Source: Malacoraja senta
Taxonomy: Eukaryota
Reading direction: 5' to 3'
Length of the DNA: 64,000 nucleotides
NCBI GenBank assembly: GCA_038087875.1
Contig: CM075981.1
Span: forward strand, 19,158,001-19,222,000
Each line of letters opens with the position of its first letter. Positions within the stretch are counted from its first letter, which is position 1. Both the position numbers and the translations under genes were made by a program. Below are positions 35,088 through 47,880 of this stretch, one piece after another. The notes beneath the pieces were generated by a model, which did no database searches, was not told the origin of the DNA, and saw only the letters and a program-made list of their open reading frames with translations.

Positions 35088-36997
35088 ACCCCTGGACCAT
35101 GACCCCACTGACGAGCACCAGGCCACCATCTCCAGCACCATCACCGACTTCATCCACTCCCACGCCCTGCCCGACCGAGCCTCCAACCTCATCGTTCCCC
35201 AGCCCCGCACAGCCCGCTTTTACCTTCTCCCCAAAATCCACAAACCTGACTGTCCCGGTAGACCCATTGTCTCTGCCTGTTCGTGCCCCACAGAACTCCT
35301 CTCCACCTACCTCGACTCCATCCTATCCCCCTTGGTTAAATCCCTCCCTACCTATGTTCAAGACACCTCAGACACTCTCCGTCGTCTCCGCGCATTCCAC
35401 TCTCTAGGCCCTCACCCCCTCATCTTCACCATGGACGTCCAGTCATTGTACACCTCCATCCCCGACCAGGATGGTCTCGAAGCCCTCCGTTTATTCCTCA
35501 ACCGTAGAAGCAACCTATACCCGGATACTGACACCCTCCTCCGCCTAGCGGAGCTGGTCCTTACACTTAATAACTTTTCATTTGACTCCTCCCATTTCCT
35601 CCAAATACAAGGCGTAGCTATGGGCAGACGCATGGGCCCCAGCTACGCCTGCCTCTTTGTCGGGTACGTAGAACAATCCTTGTTCAATGCGTACCAGGGC
35701 CCCATCCCCGACCTCTACCTCCGCTACATCGATGATTGTTTTGGTGCCACATCCTGCACCCACACACAACTGACTGACTTCATCCGCTTCACCACCAACT
35801 TCCATCCGGCACTCAAATACACCTGGACCATTTCCGACACTTCCCTACCATTCCTTGACCTCACTATCTCCATCGAAGGTGATAGACTCCTTACCGACAT
35901 CCACTACAAACCCACCGACTCCCATGGCTATCTGGACTACACTTCTTCCCACCCTGCTTCCTGTAAGGACTCCATCCCCCACTCCCAATTCCTCTGTCTA
36001 CGCCGCATCTGCTCCCAGGATGAGGCGTTCCACACCAGGGCATCTGATATGTCCTCATTCTTCAGGGAACGGGGGTTCTCCTCCTCCACCATAGATGAGG
36101 CTCGCACCAGGGTCTCTGCCATACCCCGCAACACTGCTCTCTCTCCCCATCCCCCCACTCACAACAAGGGCAGAGTCCCCCTAGTCCTCACCTTTCACCC
36201 CACCAGCCGTCACATACAACAAGTGATCCTCCGTCAGTTTCGCCACCTCCAACGTGACCCCACCACTCGCCACATATTCCCATCTCCCCCCATGTCTGCC
36301 TTCCGTAAAGACCGCTCCCTCCGTAACTCCCTTGTCAATTCTTCCATTCCCTCCCATACCACCCCCTCCCCTGGTACTTTCCCTTGCAACCGCAAGAGAT
36401 GCAACACTTGTCCCTTCACCTCCCCCCTCGACTCCATTCAAGGACCCAAGCAGTCGTTTCAGGTGCGACAGAGGTTCACCTGCATCTCCTCCAACCTCAT
36501 CTATTGCATCCGCTGCTCTAGATGCCAGCTGATCTACATCGGTGAGACCAAGCGGAGGCTTGGCGATCGTTTCGCCGAACACCTCCGGTCGGTCCGCAAT
36601 AACCAACCTGACCTCCCAGTGGCTCAGCACTTCAACTCCCCCTCCCATTCCGTATCTGACCTCTCTGTCCTGGGTCTCCTCCATGGCCACAGCGAGCAAC
36701 ACCGTAAATTGGAGGAAATGCACCTCATATTCCGCTTGGGCAGTCTACATCCTGGGGGCTTGAACATTGAATTCTCCCAATTCTGCTAGCCCTTGCTGTC
36801 CCCTCCCCTTCATCAGCCCTCTGGTTGTCTCCTCCCATCCCCCAGCCCTCGGGCTCCTCCTCCGCCTTTTTCCTTTTTTCCTTTCTTCTCCCCACCCCCT
36901 ATCAGTCTGAAGAAGGGTTTCGGCCCGAAACGTTGCCTATTTCCTTTGCTCCATAGATGCTGTTGCACCCACTGAGTTTCTCCAGCATTTTTGTGTA
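35088..36997 (+). mobile_element. Penelope-like element B, 5'-truncated, with an open RT-GIY-YIG frame from about 35085 to 36789
   Basis: No stop codons from YLPLDHDP to EFSQFC*; RT YIDD and GIY-YIG LIYCIRC/YIGETKR; 9-bp TSD CCTGTACTT (35079-35087 and 36998-37006). Confidence 0.95.
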
Positions 36998-37369
36998 CCT
37001 GTACTTTGATCAGTTGGGCTTTAAAGAACTCCCACATGTAATCTGTGTATTTACCCAATAAAAACTGCTCCCTATCTACCCTGCCTAATGGCATTGTAAT
37101 CTGCCTTTTCGACAATTATGTATCTTCCCCCAACATCCACACCTGTCCCTATTCAAAACAATCTGAAAACTTATGGAGTTGTGACTACTATCTCCAAATT
37201 TGTGTGCCACCGAAACACCAGCCACCTGGCCAGGTTCATTTCCCAATGCAAGGTCCATTATGGTCCCTCCTTGAGTCGGACTATCCACATACTGTTTAAG
37301 GAAACCTTCTTGGATTCACCTGAAACATTCTGCTCCATTTAATCATCTTACCCTGTGTAGCAGTTAGAT

Positions 37370-38810
37370 TCAATATTCAAGATTCAAGAGGTTTATTGCT
37401 ACGCCAGTTCCATACATGGTACATTCCTGTGTGAAAATTTTGTGCTGGAGGATTCCGTACAGTAAATTTAACATTAAATTATAAAGTGCAAGCATTCAAT
37501 TATAGACCAGTTCCAGAGTCCAGTTCAGGTGAGTTTCAGGGCTGGTTGTTTCAGCAGCCTGATTGCCTGGGGGAAAAGCTGTTTGAGTGTCTGGTGGTAC
37601 GGGGGCTGATGCTCCGGTACCTTCTGCCTGAGGGCAACAGGCAGAATAGACGATGGTCCGGGTAGCTGGGGTCTTTGATGATCCCCTGGGCATTTCAACC
37701 GCCTGGAGTAGATGTCCTGGAGGGAGGGCAGCTCGCACCCGGTGATGTGCTGGGCCGTCCGCACAACTCTCTGCACGGCTCTTCGGGCATGGCTGGTGCA
37801 GCTACCATGCCAGGTGGAAATACAGCCTGTCAGGATCCTCTCCACGGTGCCTCTGTAGAGATCCCTGAGCACCCGGGAGTTCAGGCGGAATTTCTTCAGT
37901 CGCCTGAGGTTTTATAGGTGCGGTTACACCTTTTTGCTGATGGTGGATATATGGGTGGTCCAGGGCAGGCCCTCTGTGATGTGGAGACCGAGGAACTTGA
38001 CGTTCTCCACCCTCTCCACCGCTACACCGTTGATGTTGATGGGGAGGGGGGCGGGTAGTGCGCCCCCCTCCCCCTCACTTCTTCCTGTAGTCGATGATCA
38101 CCTCCTTGGTCTTGTCGACGTTGAGAGAGAGGTTGTTGGCCCGGCATCACTGTGTCAGGGCCACTACACCTTCTCTGTAGGCCGACTCGTCGCCGTTGGT
38201 GATCAGACCCATGACTGTAGTGTTGTCCGCGAACTTGACGATGATGTTGGTGTCATGTTGGGCCACACAGTCGTGGGTGTACAGGGAGTACAGGAGGGGG
38301 CTGAGGACACACGCCTGAGGTGCGCCGATGTTGAGGGTGAGGGCTGTGGAGGTGTGGTCTCCGATCCTCACCACCTGGGGTCGGCCCGTCAGGAAATCCA
38401 GGATCCAGGTGCACAGGCCTGGGTTCAGTCCCAGGTCCAGGAGCTTACCGACGAGTCCATGAACAGCATCCTAAAAAATAAGTGTCCCTCTTGTCCAGGT
38501 GAGTGAGGGCGGTGTGAAGGATGTGGGCGATGGCGTAGTCTGTTGGGGCTGTAGGCAAATTGGCAGGGGTCCAGGTTGTTGGGTAGTGAGAAGCAGATTA
38601 TGTCCTTGACTAACTTCTCAAAGCATTTGCTGCTGATGGGTGTCAATGCCATCGGTCTCCAGTCGTCGAGGGTGGTGGATTTGTTGTGCTTGGGTATGGG
38701 GATGATGGTGGAGGTTTTCAGACAGGTGGGGACGGATCTTAGGGAAAGCGAGAGGTTGAAAATGTCAATGAACACCCCCGCTAGCTGACTTGCACATGCC
38801 TTCAGGACGC
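37370..38810 (-). mobile_element. Rex1/Babar-like LINE, 5'-truncated
   Basis: [66 protein letters not shown]; (ttgaatc)n tail at about 37370. Confidence 0.88.
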
Positions 38811-39320
38811 CACACATATGTTGTATATGTGTATTTTTACAATTCTGGAGAGATTTTAGCACAGAACATTAAAAATGTCATATCTCCACTAAGTAGTATG
38901 ATGTTAATTTTTTCAGGGATTGTGACTCAAATGTGCAAGAGATAGTAGAGATAAAATCAAGATAGGAATTAAATTAATTCCCTGAATCGACCAGTTTATA
39001 TCCCAAAAATATAAATTTTTAGGACACCAAAAATGTAACATGCTTTGACACAATGAAATAAAGTGGCAATTTCTGTAATTTCATTATAATTCAAAATATT
39101 TTCAAGTTTGTTGATTTGCAGAGATGTATGTTTCACATTGATATGCAAAACTGCTGATGAATTTGGCATTGTGCTCAGAATAGCCATATTTCAAAGAGTG
39201 TAACGGTGGTTACTCTTGGTGTCTACCCTATTTTAGAGTAATCACTGTTACACCACAATGGTAAATTAGGACCAAAGAACTTCCCAAGGAGATTGAACAT
39301 TTTCTAGTTTGAAGAACTCA

Positions 39321-42300
39321 ATAACCATATAACCATATAAACATTACAGCACGGAAACAGGCCATCTCGGCCCTTCAAGTCCGTGCCGAACACTTTTTTG
39401 TTCTCTTTTTTTTTTCTTTTCCCCCCCCCTTCTTTCTTCTTACTTCCCCCTAGTCCCATCTACCTGCACTCAGACCATATCCCTCCATTCCTGTCCCGTC
39501 CATATATCCATCTTTTAGGCGCTTCCCCCCCTGGTGAATGCTATGTACTTACCTTTCTCTGTTTCTTTCCCGAGTGCAGGCCTTGTGGTTGTGAGTCTGG
39601 AATCAAGGGGTTAAAAGGCTCCTGTACCCGATTGGCCAAGCTGCGTCAGGTGACGGGTGACGCATCTGAAGCTTAAATACCAGAGTCTCCCAGGATTCTC
39701 TCTCTTCTTCATCGACCCTGACTTGTGAGCTGACTGCTGGAGTGAGCTGCGGAAGGCCTGGCCACCTGGCATAGAACTTTGTGTACTTTCACCATTACTT
39801 ATTAACAAATATTGAATTGGGACGGATAAGGGCTGACCTTAGTGTTTTCGTGCATTTTGTTTCAGGGTTATATCTCTTTAGGAAGGTTTTAGAGTCTCCG
39901 GTTCGACGGTCCATCACGTGGCTGGCTGGAGCACTGTTAAATTGTTTGTCAGTCCATCCATATCCCTGACTGGGTTGTTTGAATCAGGTTTGGGTTTTGT
40001 GTTCCATTGAATAATTAAAACTACTTTTGAACTTGAACCTGGTTTTTGAATTATGTTACGCGGCTCTGAAGTACCTGCATTCGGGAGTCGTAACAAAATG
40101 GGGGCTCGTCCTAAGTTTTGAGGACCCTAGATGTTTTGGGGTTTTTTTTGGTAGGCTTCTGGTGACTGAGGAAGTCTGTGTTGTGAGGGAAATTTTTCTT
40201 CCCTGTTTGTGGTAGCATTGGTGCCCAGGGTTTAGCTGGTGGTTTGGTACTACATTTGATATGGAGTTTAAAGGGAAGGACTTTATTGAGGCTCCTAGTC
40301 GGGAGTTGTTTGATAGATGTACGAAAGAGCATTTGATTTTTCTGGCAGAGAACTATGAAGTGCCTATTAACCCACATTCAAAGAAACAGTCCATTAAATC
40401 GGTGTTGTGGGCTGCGTTGGTGGAGGGTGGGGTTTTGCCTGGCTGTGCAAACAGTCCCACACCTTCTGTTCAGCCTGGTCAGGACATGGAGGTAGTCATT
40501 AGGTTGAAGGAGTTAGAGCTGGCAATGAGAGAGGAGGAGACCAAAAGAGCAGAGGAGACCAAAAGAGCAGAGATTCAGCTGCGTGGGGCTGAGGAGGAAA
40601 CCAAGAGGGCAGTGATTAGGCTGCGGGAGAAGGAATTGGATGCCTCCCGGGTTTCTTCTAGGAAACGGGAGTTTGATATGAGCAAGAACATCCGCCTGGT
40701 TCCCCCCTTTAGTGAGAAGGATGTAGACAAGTTCTTCACAGTGTTTGAACGGGTGGCCTAGGGACGTGTGGACCTTGCTATTGCAGTGTGTCCTTGTGGG
40801 TAAAGCACGGGAGGTGTACTCGTCTTTGTCTGTTGAAAGCAGTCTGGACTATGAGTGTGTGAAGTCTAGAGTATTAAGGGCTTATGAATTAGTTCCAGAG
40901 GCGTACCGGCAGAAATTCCGGCGCTTTAGGAAGTTTGATAGTCAGACTTATGTGGAGTTTGCTAGGGAGAAGGAGGCACTTTTTGACAGGTGGTGCGCTT
41001 CTCAAGGAGTGAAGGGTATTGGGCAACTGCGGGCCTTGATGATTATGGAAGACTTTAAGAACTGTTTCCCTGAGAGGGTTACTACTTACCTTAATGAGCA
41101 GAAGGTGAATGAGGTGTCGAAGGCCGCGGTGTTGGCAGATGAGTATGTATTGACTCATAAAACTGATTTTGTTGGGCGATCCTATAGTTTTGGTGCACGG
41201 CCGGTTGATCGTGGTGGTGTCGCCGGTGGAAGTGTCAAAGGTGTTTCTGTGCCTGCAAGTGGCAGCACGTTGATACAGGGGGAGGTCCGAGCTGATAAGG
41301 TTGACGGAAATTTGAGGACTAACAAAGGTCCTGTGTGCTACTATTGTAGAGGGAGAGGGCACATGTTAAAGGCGTGTCCCGTTCTGAAGCAGAAAAATGC
41401 AAAGCCTGTGGCTTTGGTGGGTACACAGAAGGCACCTGTGGTACCTGAGGTGCCTGAGTCTGATGAGTGTAGGAATTATTCTGCGTTCATCGTGAATGGT
41501 TTTGTTTCTCTGGAGGATGGGGGTGATAGAGTTCCAGTATCCATCTTGCGTGATACTGGTGCTACTCAGTCCTTTATATTGGAGAGTGTACTGCCGTTTT
41601 CTGGGGAATCATCGGTCAAGTGTCCCTGTGGTAGGATTCGGGATGGATGGCATGGTAGTGCCTTTGCATACCGTGAGTCTCGAGTCCGAGTTGGTTTCAG
41701 GCCGGGTAACTGTTGGGTTACGGCCGTGTTTTCCCGTTGGGGGAGTTTCTGTAATTTTGGGGAATGACTTGGCAGGAGGTAGAGTTTTAGTTCCTCCTGA
41801 GGTGACGGCTGTTCCGATGGTGCAGAGTCCTGATAGATTGGCTCTGCAGCATCCGAGGGTCTTCGCAGCTTGTGCTGTCACGAGGGCTATGGTTAAGAGC
41901 CAGGCGAAGTTTGGGGATGTAGAGGACCTGAGTGAGAGCATTTTTGGGGATCAGGATGAGGGATCCTGTGTTGTGAAGGGTGTTTCTACATCTCAAGATG
42001 GGATAGTGTCTGGAAATGGGCCGGTGTCGCTGCCACGTGACCGACTGGTTGAGGAGCAAAAGAGTGATCCAGGTTTATCTGATCTGTTCGACTGCGCGGT
42101 GCCTGAGGGGGATATGGATTCCACAGCAAAGGGGTATTTTCTAAGGGAGGGCTTACTGATGCGAAAGTGGTCTCCCTTGGATATGTCTGGGCATGATGAT
42201 TGGAGCGTGGTTGATCAGAATGTGATACCTCGTCAGTATAGGGACGAGTTACTCTGTTTGGCTCATGATGGTCCTCTGGGTGGACATTTGGGGGTCAATA

Positions 42301-45300
42301 AGACGTATGACCGTATCTTACGGAATTTTTTTTGGCTAGGGTTGAAAAAGGACGTGAAACAGCAGTGCAGGTGTTGTCACATCTGCCAGGTGGCAGGAAA
42401 GCCGAACCAATCGATTGTTCCTGCGCCTTTATATCCAATCCCTGTGGTCGGTGAGCCGTTTGAGCGGATTTTAGTTGATTGTGTGGGTCCTCTACCTCGG
42501 ACAAGGGTGGGCAACAAGTTTTTATTGACAATTATGTGTGCGTCTACCCGCTTTCCGGAGGTGGTCCCTTTGCGTAGAATTACTGCCCCTACCATTGTGA
42601 GGTCTCTCACTAAGTTTTTTTCGTTGTTCGGTTTGCCCAAGGTTGTGCAGAGTGACCAAGGTTCCAACTTCATGTCGAAGGTTTTTGGTCAGGTAATGAA
42701 GTTGTTAGATATTAAGCATTGTTACTCCAGTGCGTATCACCCTGAGAGCCAGGGAGCTCTCGAGAGGTTTCACTAGACTTTGAAATCTATGTTGAGGACT
42801 TACTGCCTGGAGTTTGAATAAGACTGGGATGAGGGGGTTCATCTAGTTATGTTTGCGGTGCGTGAGGTCGTGCAGGAGTCTTTGGGGTTCAGTCCTGCTG
42901 ACCTGGTGTTCGCCCATACTGTACGTGGTCCGTTGAGGGTCCTAAAGGAGAAATGGTTGCAGGAGGATACAAAACGTAGTATTTTAGACCACGTCTGTAC
43001 CTTTCGGTCTAGACTGAAGAGGGCATGTGAACTGGCAATGGGTAATCTTGTTTCTGCTCAGTCTAGGATGAAGGGGTGGTTCGACAGGAAGGCTTCTAGT
43101 AGGAATTTTTCTCCAGGTGACAGGGTCCTGGTGTTGTTGCCTATTACTGGTTCCAGTCTGCAGGCTCGGTATAGCGGTCCCTATCAGGTGGTTAAGAAGG
43201 TTGGTGAAAGGGATTATGTTATTGGTACCCCTGATCAAAGGCGTAAGACTCAGCTCTGTCATGTCAACATGATGAAGCAGTACCATGAGCAGGAGCCTGT
43301 GGAGGTTAATGGGGAGGTGCTGTGTCCTTCGGTTTCATCTAAGCCTGTTTTGGCTGCAGTGGTGCTGCCCCCTGACACGGGTGGTGATGTGGGTGAGGCA
43401 AGGTTGTCTGTGGCAGTGACGCAGGGAAGGGTTTGTAACTCTGAGGCTTTGGAGTCGCTTCCCTTGCGGTTGTCTCATTTGACTGAAAGTCAGCGGGGTG
43501 ATCTGCTTGCTTTGGTGGAGTCAAATGGGTCACTGTTCTTGGATGTGCCTTCTCAGACGTCTGTGCTGCAGCATGACATTGACAGGGCCGGTGCTTCGCC
43601 AATTAAAAAGCATCCGTATCGGGTCAACCCTGACAGGCGTCATCGTCTAGGGAGTCAGGTTGACTATATGCTGCGGCATGGCATTGCTGAACCTAGTTGT
43701 AGTCCGTGGAGTTCTCCGTGTCTACTGGCTATGAGGGCTAATGGGGAGGACAGGTTTTGCATGGACTTTCGGAAAGTGAATGGTGTAACTAAGCCGGATT
43801 GCTATCCTCTCCCACGAATGGAGGATTGCGTGGATCGTGTGGGAAGTGCATCTTTTGTGTCTAAGTTGGACTTGTTAAAAGGGTATTGGCAAGTTCCTTT
43901 GACTAGGCGGGCGAGGGAGATCTCTGCGTTCGTTACGCCTGATAACTTTCTTCAGTACACAGTAATGGCATTTGGGATGCGCAATGCGCCGGCAACCTTC
44001 CAACGGTTGGTGAAGATTGTATTGTCTGGTTTGTCCTTCTGTGAGGCATACCTTGATGATTTGGTTGTGTGCTCCAGGTCGTGGATCGAACATATCGGTC
44101 ATCTGAAGGAGGTATTTCATCGTTTAGCGGAGGCAAAATTAACGATCAATCTGGGGAAGTGTGAGTTTGGCCAGGCCACGGTAATGTATCTGGGTAAGAT
44201 GGTGGGCCGGGGTCAGGTTCGCACTCTCAATGAAAAGGTGGGGCATATTGTTGCATTTCCTGCTCCAACCTCGAGGACTGAACTCCGTAGGTATCTGGCT
44301 ATGGTTGGGTACTATAGAGGATTCTGTCCAAACTTCTCTGCGGTGGCTGCCCCTTTGACGGATTTGCTGAGTCCGAAGGTAGCTTTTGTGTGGTCCGCAG
44401 AGTGTCAACAAGCCTTTGATCATACTAAAAAGTCTTCTGGTGCGCGCACCTGTGCTTGCGGCACCTGATTTTGAGCGTCCATTTAAGCTGGCAGTGGATG
44501 CTAGTGATCGTGGGGTTGGGGGAGTTCTACTACAGGATGATTCAGATGGGGTGGAGCATCCAGTTTCGTACTTCTCTAAGAAGTTTAATCGTCATCAGAA
44601 GTGGTACTCCACCATTGAGAAAGAAGCCCTTGCTATTTTAATGTCTCTGAATCATTTCGAGGTTTATGTTGGCTCCTCGAATGTCCCTGTCATCGTTTTT
44701 TAAAGGATAAAATCGAACCTGCCTCCACCACTTCCACTGGAAGCTCATTCCACACAGCTACCACTCTCTGAGTAAAGAAGTTCCCCCTAATGTTACCCCT
44801 AAACTTCTGTCCCTTAATTCTCAAGTCATGTCCCCTTGTTTGAATCTTCCCTACTCTCAATGGGAAAAGCTTATTCACGTCAACTCTGTCTAACCCGCTC
44901 ATCATTTTAAAGACCTCTATCAAGTCCCCCCTTAACCTTCTGCGCTCCAAAGAATAAAGACCTAACTTGTTCAACCTTTCTCTGTAACTTAGTTGCTGAA
45001 ACCCAGGCAACATTCTAGTAAATCTCCTCTGTACTCTCTCTATTTTGTTGACATCCTTCCTATAATTAGGCGACCAAAATTGTACTCCATACTCCAGAAT
45101 TGGCCTCACCAATGCCTTGTACAATTTTAACATTACATCTCAACTTCTATATTCAATGCTCTGATTTATAAAGGCCAGCACACCTAAAGCTTTCTTTACC
45201 ACCCTATCTACATGAGATTCCACCTTCAGGGAACTATGCACAGTTATTCCTAGATCCCTCTGTTCAACTGCATTCCTCAATTCGCTACCATTTACCATGT

Positions 45301-46575
45301 ATGTCCTATTTCGATGTGTCCTGCCGAGATGTAGCACCTCACATTTATCAGCATTAAACTCCATCTGCCATCTTTCAGCCCACTCTTCCAAATGGCCTAA
45401 ATCTCTCTGTAGACTTTGAAAATCTACTTCATTATCCACAACACCACCTATCTTAGTATCATCTGCATACTTACTAATCCAATTTTCCACACCATCATCC
45501 AGATCATTGATGTACATGACAAACAACAGTGGACCCAACACAGACCCCTGAGGCACCCCACTAGTCACCGGCCTCCAACCTGACAAACGGCCATCCACCA
45601 TTACTCTCTGGCATCTCCCATTCAGCCACTGTTGAATCCATCTTGCTACTCCACTATTAATGCCCAACAATTGAACCTTCTTAACCAACCTTCCATGTGG
45701 AACCTTGTCAAAGGCCTTACTGAAGTCCATATAGACAACATCCACCGCTTTACCCTCATCAATTTCCCTAGTAACCTCTTCGAAAAATTCAAAATATTAG
45801 TCAAACATGACCTTCCAGGCACAAATCCATGTTGACTGTTCCTAATCAGACCCTGTTTATCCAGATGATTATATATATTATATCTAAGTATCCTTTCCAT
45901 TAATTTGCCCACCACTGACGTCAAACTAACAGGTCTATAATTGCTAGGTTTACTCATAGAACCCTTTTTAAACAACGGAACAACATGCGCAGTACGCCAA
46001 TCCTCCGGCACTATTCCCGTTTCTAATGACATTTCAAATATTTCTGTCATAGCCCCTGCTATTTTTACACTAACTTCCCTCAATGTCCGAGGGAATATCC
46101 TGTCAGGACCTGCAGACTTATCCATTTTCATATTTTTCAAAAGTGTCCGCACCTCCTCTTCTTTGAATCTCATAGTTTCCATTGCTACTCTGCTTGTTTC
46201 TCTTACCTCACATAATTCCATATCTTTCTCCTTGGTGAATACCGAAAAAAAGAAATTGTTCAATATCTCCCCCATCTCTTTTGGCTCTGCAGATAGCTGT
46301 CCACTCTGACTCTCTAATGGACCAATTTTATTCCTTGTTATCCTTTTGCTATTAATATAGCTGTAGAAACCCTTTGGATTTACTTTCACCTTACTTGCCA
46401 AAGCAACCTCATATCTTCTTTTAGCTTTTATAATTTATTTCTTAATATTCTTTTTACATTCTTTATACTCCTCAAGCACCTCATTTACTCCATGCTGCCT
46501 ATAATTATTGTAGATCTCTCTCTTTTTCCGAACCAAGTGTCCAATTTCCCTTGAAAACCATGGCTCTTTCCAATT
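39321..46575 (-). mobile_element. CR1 LINE in two pieces (46575-44696 and 39516-39321) interrupted by the Gypsy fragment
   Basis: RT ORFs at 45646-46401, 45140-45745 and 44690-45133. The sequence after ...ILSFKK resumes at 39516 (aaaagatggatatatggacggg) and ends in an (atatggtt)n tail. Confidence 0.88.
39517..44697 (+). mobile_element. Gmr1-like Ty3/Gypsy LTR retrotransposon fragment (partial 5' LTR, PBS, gag, PR, IN, RT, partial RNase H)
   Basis: LTR end ...GTCGTAACA at 40095; tRNA-Pro PBS TGGGGGCTCGTCC at 40099-40111; capsid WP..WT.LLQ.VL.GKA; CYYC..RGH...C knuckle; protease RDTGATQS; integrase HHCC and D..D..E motifs before the RT (LDLLKGYWQ, YLDD). Several frameshifts. Confidence 0.93.
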
Positions 46576-47359
46576 ATGATAATGATGGCTCTTACCAATA
46601 GATAATGAAATTATGAGAAGAAAGTAACCTTAATATCAAGATTCTGTAAAAGCTGCAGCATGCCAAAATTAGTGAATATTTTTGCTGTCCACTATCATAC
46701 ACGTAACACCAGCACTTTGCAGTAGCTATATTTCGATCAAATTATGTACCTGCAGTCTCTTATTATTTATGAAAAAAAAATGTATTCAAAACATGAGAAA
46801 GATATTACAAAAAATAAATACTGGAAGAAACAGGAGCTGTGTAACCCGCGTAACCCGCGTAACGCACGTTTCAGTAGATAACAGGAATATTGGTCATTTG
46901 GTCGCATACTCCATGTTTATAGCAAGAAAGCACATTTGTCTGATGAAAAACAACAAAAGTGAAGAAATCAGCGATCATGCTTTGGAAAAAAATGACTTTC
47001 TAAATTTCATGTAACGGTTGTTATGGTAGACTTCAAACATAAAGTGTAAAAAAACGCATGTTAAGCAAGGAATTTTGTTCATTAATCACATTTTCTCAAA
47101 CTTCATGAGCTATCTCTCCCTGTCATGTACTGCTGCTGGTGGGGGGTTTTGATTAATCTGAATCATGTTGAAATAATTTATTTGTGAACTTCAGTTTTAT
47201 GTATGATGTCACACTTTTTGTACCCAGTATTGTAAAAACACACATATATGGAATCTAGCAAGCTATCTGACAAGTCCTCTTATATTAACTGCTCGAGGAG
47301 GTTAAAGCAAAAGGGATCCAGGGTAATCTGACTAATTTAATCCAAAGTTGAATTGGTGA

Positions 47360-47880
47360 TATTGATATTGGTTTATTAATGTCACATATTCATCAACACA
47401 GTGAACTGTCATGTGTGCTATCAAGCTAATCATCCATACATGATCACAATCAAACCATATACTGTACGAGTACAACAATCACACGAGTGCAAACAGAGAA
47501 AGAAACAGAGTGCAGAATACAGTATTGCAGTTACAAAAGGTGCAGGGAGAGGGGATAAGAGAGAATGATGGGGGTGTGTGTGGGCAGTGTGAATGTACAT
47601 AGAGTTAATGGGGGAGGGGAGGTGTGGGTACAGGATGTTTTGCGTGATGTTCTGGGCTGTGTCCACGATTCTTTGAAATTTCTTGCACTTAGGCAGAATA
47701 ATTGCGAAACTAAGGTGTGGTGCATCATGGTAGGATGCGTTCCATGGTGCATCTGTTGAAGGTGCTAAGAGTCATTGCATACATGCCAAATTTTCTTAGT
47801 CTTCTGAGGAAATAGAGCCGTGGGTGAGCTTTCTTGCAGTGGCATCATTGTGGTTGTTGGTGATGTTTGCACTCAGGACC
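47360..47880 (-). mobile_element. Rex1/Babar-like remnant; similar remnants at about 19570-19970, 24650-24900, 49040-49760, 54990-55430 and 61650-61900
   Basis: Degenerate QRLYFLRRL / CAVESIL.G.IT.W.G motifs and typical tails. Confidence 0.65.

Larger units (their letters stand above)
27090..37330 (-). mobile_element. One old CR1 split into four pieces (about 37330-36998, 35087-34546, 31295-31234, 27790-27090) by later insertions
   Basis: The minus-strand peptide continues across the insertions: ...LLFMIHINYL | [19 protein letters not shown] | GEEGCQKIQQDID... Confidence 0.75.

Noticed and set aside
46575-47260. AT-rich segment with gtaacccgc repeats, possibly a DNA-transposon end
   Set aside because: No TIR pair, TSD or transposase motif could be identified, so it is left uncalled.
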